Shown piece after piece: positions 18,591 through 28,683 of a DNA stretch of 64,000 nucleotides. The DNA is from a bacterium (lineage in GTDB: Bacteria; Zhuqueibacterota; Zhuqueibacteria; Residuimicrobiales; Krinioviventaceae): contig CAXXMD010000003.1 of assembly GCA_963675755.2 (NCBI GenBank), positions 960,001-1,024,000 on the forward strand, written 5' to 3'. A program made the position numbers and the translations under genes. The notes beneath the pieces were generated by a model that worked only from the letters and a program-made list of their open reading frames with translations, searched no databases and was not told the DNA's origin. Position 1 is the first letter of the stretch. Each line of letters starts with the position of its first letter.

Positions 18591-19994
18591 ATGACAATTA
18601 GAAACCTTTTCTACTTGACTATACTAATCACTTTGATGTCAAAACCCGTAATGGCGGAAACCCGTGTCATAAAAATTGACAACTCGCTTGTTGATGGAAA
18701 TGCACTAAACCTTGGCGACAAAATGTTCGGAGAAGCAAGGTATGGGAATGCAATTAACGGGTGCTCTTTTCAGCAGGATGCAATTGTTTCGCACAGGGAT
18801 TACCAATACATAGGTTTCTATGATGGCAATCGGCAGGTCTGTATCGCCAGACGTAAACTGCCGGGTGGTCCCTGGGAGACGATACGTTTCAATGATTATC
18901 AATTCAAGAGCAATGACGCCCACAATACGATCTCTATTGGCATTTGCCCCAAAGACGGAACGATCCATATGGCATTTGACCACCATGGAGATTCACTACA
19001 CTACCGGGTTTCCCACAAGGGGATTGCCAACAAACCTGAAACAACCCAATGGAAGGCCTCTCTTTTTGGTCCGATCCTGTCAGAACTGGAAAAAGACAAA
19101 AAAATCAAAATAACCTATCCCCGTTTCTGGCAGACTCCCGATGGTGATTTGCAATTCTGTTACCGTTTACGAGGGTCCGGCAATGGTGATCGGATGTTGG
19201 TGGATTATAATCCAGAAACCGGATTGTGGGAAAATACACACCAAATCGATTCTTCAAAAGGGACTTTTACAGATACTCTGGGGTCCAGCGACTCCCGTTG
19301 CTCCTACCCAAACGGCTACACCTATGGCCCAAACGGAAATTTGCATGCGACCTGGGTCTGGCGGGAAAGCAGCCAGGGCTCAAACCATGACCTTATCTAT
19401 GTATATAGTAAAGACCGGGGTAATATATGGTTGAACAATGCCGGTAACCCCATAGACGGTCCTCCCAGAGTTGATTCCCCGGGTATAACCGTTATCAATA
19501 TTGATCGCAGATATGCGCTGATGAATACCCATGGCCAGGCTGTAGATTCACAAGGACGCACCCATGTAGTAATGTGGCATTGTACTAAAGCTTCACTGAA
19601 AGCGGCTGACAGCAAACCGGGTGAATATATATGGGGTAAACCGGAAGCCCGCCGCTACTTTCATTACTGGCGGATGGCAGATGGGACATGGAAACAAACA
19701 GAGCTGCCCGGAATTGCGGGTAACCGTCCCAAACTGTTCATGGACAAGGCCGACAATGCATATTTAATCTTTGAAAAAGAGGGTAACCTCGTCATCATGA
19801 GTGCACAAGCCACAAACAAATGGTCGGACTGGAAAGAAGTTCATTCCGAAGAGGGCCCATTTCACAATGAGATGCTGGGGGATTATTATCGATGGAAAAA
19901 GAGTGGTATACTTTCTGTTATGGTGCAGGAAAGCCCAAAGCAGAATCACGAGCCGACCGCACTACGTATTATCGATTTTAAATTTAATCAGTAA
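18591..19994 (+). CDS. BNR-4 repeat-containing secreted protein (beta-propeller, possible polysaccharide lyase)
   Basis: DAHNTISIG..DGTIHMAFDHH, TYPRF, WVWRE and NHDLIYVYSKDRG (Asp-box) motifs. Confidence 0.8.
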   Translation: MTIRNLFYLTILITLMSKPVMAETRVIKIDNSLVDGNALNLGDKMFGEARYGNAINGCSFQQDAIVSHRDYQYIGFYDGNRQVCIARRKLPGGPWETIRFNDYQFKSNDAHNTISIGICPKDGTIHMAFDHHGDSLHYRVSHKGIANKPETTQWKASLFGPILSELEKDKKIKITYPRFWQTPDGDLQFCYRLRGSGNGDRMLVDYNPETGLWENTHQIDSSKGTFTDTLGSSDSRCSYPNGYTYGPNGNLHATWVWRESSQGSNHDLIYVYSKDRGNIWLNNAGNPIDGPPRVDSPGITVINIDRRYALMNTHGQAVDSQGRTHVVMWHCTKASLKAADSKPGEYIWGKPEARRYFHYWRMADGTWKQTELPGIAGNRPKLFMDKADNAYLIFEKEGNLVIMSAQATNKWSDWKEVHSEEGPFHNEMLGDYYRWKKSGILSVMVQESPKQNHEPTALRIIDFKFNQ

Positions 19995-20023
19995 TTAAGA
20001 GAATTCAGGTTACAACTTTTTAA

Positions 20024-20049
20024 AAGGGTGGCTCTCCGGAGCCGCCCTT
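20024..20049. terminator. Stem-loop between convergent genes
   Basis: AAGGGTGGCTC-TCCG-GAGCCGCCCTT. Confidence 0.6.
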
Positions 20050-20058
20050 AAATAAACT

Positions 20059-20264
20059 ACCCGCTCCGCTCGATGAACGCAGATTAACGCTAGTAATCTT
20101 CACCTGTTTTGTCTGCTTTCATCCGCGATTCCCTACTGGTTACAAGGTTCTGCCTTGTAACCTATTCCAATATATTTCAAAAAGGCCAAGACTGCAATTT
20201 AAAAGAAACCAACATTGCTGATCATCAGCTATGGGACGAACGTCCCAATCCAATATCCCGCGAT
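20059..20264 (+). repeat. Mosaic palindromic intergenic repeat, copy 2
   Basis: GCTCGATGAACGCAGATTAACGC, GGTTACAAGGTTCTGCCTTGTAACC and TGGGACGAACGTCCCAATCCAATATCC, in the same order as at 11040-11250. Confidence 0.8.
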
Positions 20265-20312
20265 TCTTGTACTATAAAGATTTGCTTCCCTAAGCGATAA
20301 TAACTAAAAAAA

Positions 20313-20969
20313 TCAATAAAACCACTCAACCAGGAAACCAAAGCTAATAAAGGGCTGATTGATCTTGATCCCTTTAATCTCACTTATATTGGTAAAATCG
20401 ATATGAGAAAACAATTTATATGTCAAATTTTCACTCTTTGCGCCAATACCCAGTTCAAAGCCAAAAGATGAACTCTTTTGAGGATAAAACAATTGCTCAC
20501 CATATGTATCATAATAATCATATTTATAGTTTGGAGGTGCGGAAGAAAATAGCAGTTCTTTTTTGGTCTTTTCACTAAAATCAGCTAAACACAAAGATAA
20601 AACCGGTCCCACAGAAACAAATACGGGATGCTGATTCATTGAAAACTGATAATTATACAAAATGGGCACTTGCAGATAAAGCAGTTGAATATCAATGTCC
20701 CATAAATAAATAGAATTCGCCCAGCCTCCCACTGACTTGTTGGTTACTAATGTTCGTTTACTGGAAAAGATCAATCCATAACTGGTAAAAGCTCCTGTAT
20801 CCAAACTGTTTTCTCGTATGAATCCCAAATGAAAGCCCGGCTCCATTTCTGTATATATATCATAAAAACGTGATACATTCACACCAGCAGTTAGCCCCCA
20901 GCGCGTATTGCCAAACGCACATTGAGAAACAGCTAGCAATAATAGTAAAAGAATCTGGATTTTTTTCAT
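20313..20969 (-). CDS. Outer-membrane beta-barrel (PorT/porin family) protein
   Basis: Start at MKKIQ (AGGGGAG RBS); signal peptide; 'WGLTAGVNVS', 'YLQVPIL' and C-terminal aromatic strand ...VEWFY. Confidence 0.75.
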   Translation of the reverse strand: MKKIQILLLLLLAVSQCAFGNTRWGLTAGVNVSRFYDIYTEMEPGFHLGFIRENSLDTGAFTSYGLIFSSKRTLVTNKSVGGWANSIYLWDIDIQLLYLQVPILYNYQFSMNQHPVFVSVGPVLSLCLADFSEKTKKELLFSSAPPNYKYDYYDTYGEQLFYPQKSSSFGFELGIGAKSENLTYKLFSHIDFTNISEIKGIKINQPFISFGFLVEWFY

Positions 20970-21030
20970 GGTTCTCCCCTTTATTAAATATGAACCACCC
21001 GTACTTTTTAATGAAAGCAAATAATGTTTA

Positions 21031-21082
21031 AATCTGTGTTCCGCTGTGCTTGCCCGCCTGCTGGCGGATTCATTTGTGGTTA
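21031..21082 (-). repeat. AACCACArATGAA...AACACAGAT element carrying an inserted CCGCCAGCAGGCGG palindrome
   Basis: Reverse complement TTAACCACAAATGAA-TCCGCCAGCAGGCGGGCAAG-CACAGCGGAACACAGAT; resembles the first module at 11040 and 20059. Confidence 0.55.
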
Positions 21083-21106
21083 ATATTTATTCTTTATCAA
21101 ACACAG

Positions 21107-21868
21107 CTATAACACAATTTCCCCATCATCAACATACGCTTTAGTTGCCGTATCAAAAGGCAGATCATGTCCACCCATAATGATCCCCTCAAAGTCTTCA
21201 ATGCGGGCTTTGCTGGCCACATACGAATCCGAGTTGTACCGCGGCACGGTCTCGCGCAGGTTGCGCTTCCAGAACAGTTTGCTGGGCATGGCATCTCCGG
21301 CCAGCAGCATATTTCGGGTTTCCCCTTTTACCAGAACCGAATGGTGCCCCGGCGTGTGACCGGGTGTGGACCAAAATTCTAAATACCCTGGTAAATCGGG
21401 CTTGTCTTCAATCCACTCTACTTTTTCAACAGGACCAATCCCCTGAATGTTCCAGAACCGTTCTGCCGTACGCTGTGCGGAAACCGCATGGCGCTCCGCC
21501 TGTTTAGAGGTATACTCGGGGAAATATTTTAAAAATACGGATAACGGATCGTTCGTCTCTAAAATTGCGGCAGAAAACTCGCGCGTAAAATCATAATCGG
21601 TTTTGCTAAGCACTATGCGCGCGTTTTTAAACGCCGGATTATTGCCCGCATGGTCCGGGTGCACATGGGTATTGAGAACAATATCTATATCCTCAACCCC
21701 AAGTCCTACCGAATCCAATTGTTTGAAAATATCATCATGCCCCACATATCCGGTATCCACCAGAATGGTTGTTTGCGGAGATTTGATAACAGCGGCCATC
21801 AGCCACATATTGACTTTACGGCCGCCAAAGTTGGGCATTTTCATTGCAAGGGGAATTACGGAAACCAT
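21107..21868 (-). CDS. MBL-fold metallo-hydrolase (AHL-lactonase-like)
   Basis: LVDTG, THVHPDH, TPGHTPGH, AGDA and GGHD motifs. Confidence 0.88.
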   Translation of the reverse strand: MVSVIPLAMKMPNFGGRKVNMWLMAAVIKSPQTTILVDTGYVGHDDIFKQLDSVGLGVEDIDIVLNTHVHPDHAGNNPAFKNARIVLSKTDYDFTREFSAAILETNDPLSVFLKYFPEYTSKQAERHAVSAQRTAERFWNIQGIGPVEKVEWIEDKPDLPGYLEFWSTPGHTPGHHSVLVKGETRNMLLAGDAMPSKLFWKRNLRETVPRYNSDSYVASKARIEDFEGIIMGGHDLPFDTATKAYVDDGEIVL

Positions 21869-23118
21869 TATTCACCCAACATGTGTGTAACCATTCCGCT
21901 CAGCAGCTTGGGTTCAAACCAGGTGGACTTGGGTGGCATTACCATGCCAGCGTCCGCAACATCCATTACCTGCCCCATCTGGGTAGGACACAGTGCAAAT
22001 GCTACTGCAAAATCTCCACTGTTGACCAGCTTTTCAAGCGTCTGAATACAGTCCAGCCCACCCACAAATTTAATTCGGGTATCGGTACGGGGATCCTGAA
22101 TGTTTAGCATGGGGTTCAAAACCAGATCCTGCAGTAGCGCCACATCCAAACGGCCCACTTCATCTCTGCCGGTCATCATGGACTCGTTTGCTGAAATCAA
22201 GTGCCATTTGCCTTCAAGGTAAACACCAAAGCTGTTTTTATTTTCAGGACCTTTAAACGATCCGCTGACAGGTTCAAGAGAGAACCCAGCGGATTTAATT
22301 TTCTCCAACAATTCAGATGCAGTATTGCCATTCAGGTCCTTAACAACCCGGTTATAGGGCAATATCAACAATTCATCCTCAGGAAAACTCACCGTGAGAA
22401 AAAAGTTAAATTCTTCATTTCCTGTATAATCGGGATTCTCTGCGCGCATTCGCTTGCAATACTCGGCTGCACCTTCGGAACGATGGTGTCCATCCGCAAT
22501 ATACAATGCAGGTATAGCGTCAAATTCGTCTTTGATTTCACTGACCTGCTTTTCATCATCAACCAGATAAAAGATGTGTCGAATATCAAAATGACTCACA
22601 AAATCATAAACCGGTTCGGTTTCCATTGCTGCCCGAATTAAAGCCTTAACCTTGTCATTTTGTTTATAAGCTAAAAATATGGGGCCTGTTTGTGCTTCAA
22701 GCGCAAGCATAAGATTCACACGATCATTCACTTTATCAGGTCGTGTATGTTCGTGCTTTTTCACAATATTGTTCATATACTCATCTACAGATGCACAGGC
22801 AACAAGACCGGTTTGTTCATGATCTCCCATAATTTGTTTATAAATATAATAACAGGGCTTTTCATCATGAACCAGGGTGCCGTCATTAATAAACGCGGTC
22901 AGGTTACTTTTGCCCTTGTCATAAACAACCTGATCATACTGGGAAATACCGGGGTCCAGATCAATTTCAGGTTTAATTACATGCAAAAAACTTTTCGGAT
23001 TATCCTGTGCCATAATCCGAGCTTCTTTCGAGTCCAATACATCATAAGGTAGTGAAGCCACTTTTGCTGCTATTTCCTGCGCGGGTCTTAATCCTTTAAA
23101 CGGAATCAGTTTTGCCAT
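21868..23118 (-). CDS. DUF1015 family protein
   Basis: PYDV, KKHEHT, YIADGHHR and C-terminal MPPKSTWFEPKL signatures. Confidence 0.92.
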   Translation of the reverse strand: MAKLIPFKGLRPAQEIAAKVASLPYDVLDSKEARIMAQDNPKSFLHVIKPEIDLDPGISQYDQVVYDKGKSNLTAFINDGTLVHDEKPCYYIYKQIMGDHEQTGLVACASVDEYMNNIVKKHEHTRPDKVNDRVNLMLALEAQTGPIFLAYKQNDKVKALIRAAMETEPVYDFVSHFDIRHIFYLVDDEKQVSEIKDEFDAIPALYIADGHHRSEGAAEYCKRMRAENPDYTGNEEFNFFLTVSFPEDELLILPYNRVVKDLNGNTASELLEKIKSAGFSLEPVSGSFKGPENKNSFGVYLEGKWHLISANESMMTGRDEVGRLDVALLQDLVLNPMLNIQDPRTDTRIKFVGGLDCIQTLEKLVNSGDFAVAFALCPTQMGQVMDVADAGMVMPPKSTWFEPKLLSGMVTHMLGE

Positions 23119-23324
23119 AACTTTTCTTCCTTATGTTAAATTCATTAAATAAAAGACAAATTTCGCTGAAATTGATTACACTTTTCAAGAAAATCACTTG
23201 ATTTGTACACATACTTTTCATTACTTTATGTACTTGATCTGAATGAATATAGTATTTTCAATATAAACATTCCAGCACTATTGCAAATTCTTGCATTTAT
23301 GAAGCGAAAAATTTTGAGGAGTAG

Positions 23325-25634
23325 ATGACAGAACCGGTCCGCATACTGATACTGGACGATTCCGAAACCGATACTGAATTGATGGTCCGCGAGTTGAACA
23401 AAGACGACATGCCGTTCACCTCCTTTGCGGTTGATAATAAAATTGATTATGTTAATGCATTAAAAGAATTCAAACCCGATCTGGTTTTGTCTGATTTTAA
23501 CTTGCCGCATTTCACAGGTCTGGATGCTATTGACCTGGTACAATCTCTTCAACCTTCAATTCCATTAATTATTGTAACGGGTGATCTAGACGAACAAACC
23601 GCAACCCAATGCATACAAAACGGTGCCTGGGATTATGTTTTAAAAGACAATCTGGCCCGCTTGCCCCGAATTGTTCGCAGTGCATTAATCCACAAACATA
23701 CTCTTTCTCACAAAGAACGCGAACAAACAGTACATAAAGAGTATATTCAACAATTTGAATGCATATTGGGTTCCATGCAAAATGCAATGACAGTGGTATA
23801 TGATTATGATGGTGTTTACAAACAGGCATGGGCAAGTCCGCAAATATATGAGCATTATGGAATCAACACCGAAATGCTGGTAGGAAGATCGCTGTCAAAC
23901 TTTTATTCACCCAAAGATGCCATCAACAGAATTACCCAGATCCGAAATATATTTGAAACAGGCGAAACATTTAGCGATACTTCATTAATTAAACTGCCCA
24001 AGGGTGAATTCTGGCTGGATATTACTTTATCACCCCTTAGAAACGAAACCAATAAAATCACGGGTGTAATTGGATTCCTGCTTGACGTTACCGAAAGAAC
24101 CAAAGCTGAGAATGAACTGATTCGTCTTGCAACAGCCTTTGAACAGGTTGCAGAATGTATTGTAATAACAGATACCAATGCCAACATACAATATGTCAAT
24201 CCAGTTGTTGAACGTATTACCGGATTTTCAAGAGATGAGCTTTTAAACCAAAATTGCAGAATTTTCAACAGTCAAAAACATGACAAAACCTTTTTCACAG
24301 ACATGTGGAAAACTATACTCAGCGGTGACATTTGGAACGGTCACATCTTTAACAAGAAAAAAGATGGTACCGTTTACGAAGAAGAAGTAACCATATCTCC
24401 TATCAGAAACACCAGGGGCTCTATTACTAATTATGTAGCAGTTAAACGTGATGTCACCAATGAAGTAAAAATGGAAAAACAACTGCGTCAGGCCCAGAAA
24501 ATGGAAGCTATTGGTACATTGGCCGGTGGTATTGCTCACGACTTTAATAATATTCTTGCCGCTATTCTCGGTTATACCGAACTATCTCTAAGAGACCTCA
24601 AGGAAGACTCTAAACTCTATAAACACTTGCAGCAGGTATTGCAGGCCGGTTATCGCGCCAAAGATCTGATCAAACAGATCCTGGCATTCAGCCGTCAGGG
24701 TCAGCAGGAAGTTAAACCATTACAAATCAGCCTGATCATAAAAGAAGTATTGAAACTTCTGCGCGCGTCACTTCCCACAACCATAGAGATACGTCAAAAC
24801 ATCAGAACACATAAAAGCCTGGTATTTGCAGATCCCACACAGATTCATCAATTGATCATGAATTTATGTACCAATGCAGCCCACGCAATGCGTCACAGTG
24901 GGGGAATCCTTGAAGTTAGCATGTCTGAAATAGAAATCACCCCCAAAGATGCAAACCATTATCATGGTCTATCCGCTGGTCCCTTTATCAAACTATCGGT
25001 TACAGATAGCGGTCATGGTATGGCGCCTGAAATTTCAGAAAGAATTTTTGAACCCTATTTTACAACTAAAAAACCCGGTGAAGGTACCGGTATGGGATTG
25101 TCAGTGGTACATGGTATTGTAAAAAGTCATAATGGAGATATTTCCGTTTACAGTGAAATTGGCAAAGGCACAACGTTTAATATATTCCTTCCACGAATTG
25201 AAGAAGCCACTGAAGAAAAAGAAGAGCACGACTCTATCCTTCCCCATGGTTCAGAGAATATATTGTTTGTTGACGATGAAGTGACGCTTGTTGAAATTGG
25301 TCAGGAAATGCTTGAACAATTGGGTTATAATGTAATTGCCAAATCAAACAGTACCGAAGCTCTGGAGCTGTTTGAACAACACCCCTATGATTTTGATCTA
25401 ATCATAACCGACCAAACCATGCCCACATTAACCGGTGCGGAACTGGCAAAAAAAATATTGGAAATCAGACCAGAAATACCTATAGTATTATGTACAGGGT
25501 TTAGTGAAGTTATTTCCGAAGAAAAAGCCAAAGAAATTGGTATTCATGAATTTATCATGAAGCCTATATTTATGAAAGAAATTGCTTTTGTAATTCGTAA
25601 ATTGTTAGATCATGAAACCGTAGAGGGGAAATAA
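23325..25634 (+). CDS. Hybrid sensor histidine kinase (REC-PAS-PAS-HisKA-HATPase-REC)
   Basis: LAGGIAHDFNN H-box, NLCTNA, DSGHGM and GEGTGMGL boxes; N- and C-terminal receiver domains. Confidence 0.95.
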   Translation: MTEPVRILILDDSETDTELMVRELNKDDMPFTSFAVDNKIDYVNALKEFKPDLVLSDFNLPHFTGLDAIDLVQSLQPSIPLIIVTGDLDEQTATQCIQNGAWDYVLKDNLARLPRIVRSALIHKHTLSHKEREQTVHKEYIQQFECILGSMQNAMTVVYDYDGVYKQAWASPQIYEHYGINTEMLVGRSLSNFYSPKDAINRITQIRNIFETGETFSDTSLIKLPKGEFWLDITLSPLRNETNKITGVIGFLLDVTERTKAENELIRLATAFEQVAECIVITDTNANIQYVNPVVERITGFSRDELLNQNCRIFNSQKHDKTFFTDMWKTILSGDIWNGHIFNKKKDGTVYEEEVTISPIRNTRGSITNYVAVKRDVTNEVKMEKQLRQAQKMEAIGTLAGGIAHDFNNILAAILGYTELSLRDLKEDSKLYKHLQQVLQAGYRAKDLIKQILAFSRQGQQEVKPLQISLIIKEVLKLLRASLPTTIEIRQNIRTHKSLVFADPTQIHQLIMNLCTNAAHAMRHSGGILEVSMSEIEITPKDANHYHGLSAGPFIKLSVTDSGHGMAPEISERIFEPYFTTKKPGEGTGMGLSVVHGIVKSHNGDISVYSEIGKGTTFNIFLPRIEEATEEKEEHDSILPHGSENILFVDDEVTLVEIGQEMLEQLGYNVIAKSNSTEALELFEQHPYDFDLIITDQTMPTLTGAELAKKILEIRPEIPIVLCTGFSEVISEEKAKEIGIHEFIMKPIFMKEIAFVIRKLLDHETVEGK

Positions 25635-25635
25635 T

Positions 25636-27349
<1,714 letters not shown>

Positions 27350-27367
27350 GTTAACAATTTAATCAAA

Positions 27368-27709
27368 CTATTTATTAAAGCTGGCGATTGCCTCGCCTGT
27401 GTTTTCATAAACATTAAACACGGACAGGAGTTTTGTTATCTTGAGCAGACTCTTGACTCGTTCCGTAACAGATGCAAGTTTCAAATCTCCACCTGCATTT
27501 CGGATTGTGGTTAAAGCGCTGATTAAAATCCCAAGACCGCTGCTGTTCATCCAATTCACTTCGGATAAATCAGCAACAACTCTGGTTTTACCGGCTTCAA
27601 TCAACTCATGAAGCTTGTCGTTCAAAGCAGCAGCATCCGGTCCACCCATGATCTTGCCAGACAGATCTAAAATAATAATATCGTTTTCTAAATGTTCAAT
27701 AATTTCCAT
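27368..27709 (-). CDS. STAS-domain anti-sigma factor antagonist
   Basis: DLSEVNWMNSSGLGILI motif. Confidence 0.92.
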   Translation of the reverse strand: MEIIEHLENDIIILDLSGKIMGGPDAAALNDKLHELIEAGKTRVVADLSEVNWMNSSGLGILISALTTIRNAGGDLKLASVTERVKSLLKITKLLSVFNVYENTGEAIASFNK

Positions 27710-27747
27710 AATACTCTCCCAATCCGTTAATACTGCATGGAAGGTTC

Positions 27748-28659
27748 TTATTTTCTCTTTTTGTCAGCAGTACGCATTTGCCATTCTACAACAATAGGGC
27801 TTGCTACAAACAGAGAAGAATACGTACCAATGAGCACACCAATTATTAATGCAAAGGCAAAACTGTGTATTACTTCACCACCCATAATATAGAGTACAAG
27901 TACTACAATCAAAGTAGTTAGTGAAGTAATGATGGTACGGCTCAATGTCTGGTTCAAACTGATATTAACCAGATTATCAAAATTTTCGCGACGCAGAATT
28001 TTCAAATTCTCACGAATTCTGTCAAATACAACAATGGTATCATTCAATGAATAACCCACAATTGTCAAAAACGCCGCAACAACAGCAAGTGATATTTCAA
28101 AATTCAACAGTGAAAAAATTCCTAGTGTGATAAACACATCATGGAAGAGTGCGGCAACCGCGGCAACCGCGTATTTGAATTCGAAACGGAAACTGATATA
28201 AACCAAAATACCTGCCAGTGAAAACAAAATTGCCAAAATGGCTGCTGTACGCAACTCGCTACCAATCTTGGGACCAATTTCCGTCACTGCACGGATATCA
28301 TAGGTGTTATCCGGAAAATCTTTGGTTAATTCGGTTTCCATAACGGTGGCAGCTTCTGCACCTTCTTCAAGCTGTTCCACACGGATAATAAATTCGTTAT
28401 CTTTGGGTAAACCAATCCGCTTAATTTCCGCTCTGCCAAACCCGATATCGCTTAACGATTCACGAAGTTCGCCGGGGGCAACTGTTTTTTCAAATTTCAA
28501 CTGTAATGATGTACCACCTGTAAAGTCGATACCATACTGGGGGCCTTTATGTAAAAACAATGAAAAAAAGCTGATCAGGATCAATACCCCTGAGAAAATA
28601 TAAGCATATTTTCGATTGGGGATAATTTTCAGGTTTTGTAATTCTTTAAAAAATTGCAT
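27748..28659 (-). CDS. secF: Protein translocase subunit SecF
   Basis: GIDFTGG, GYSLNDTIVVFDRIRE and GTYSS motifs. Confidence 0.97.
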   Translation of the reverse strand: MQFFKELQNLKIIPNRKYAYIFSGVLILISFFSLFLHKGPQYGIDFTGGTSLQLKFEKTVAPGELRESLSDIGFGRAEIKRIGLPKDNEFIIRVEQLEEGAEAATVMETELTKDFPDNTYDIRAVTEIGPKIGSELRTAAILAILFSLAGILVYISFRFEFKYAVAAVAALFHDVFITLGIFSLLNFEISLAVVAAFLTIVGYSLNDTIVVFDRIRENLKILRRENFDNLVNISLNQTLSRTIITSLTTLIVVLVLYIMGGEVIHSFAFALIIGVLIGTYSSLFVASPIVVEWQMRTADKKRK

Positions 28660-28683
28660 TCTGCTTCCATCTCCTCAGAATTA

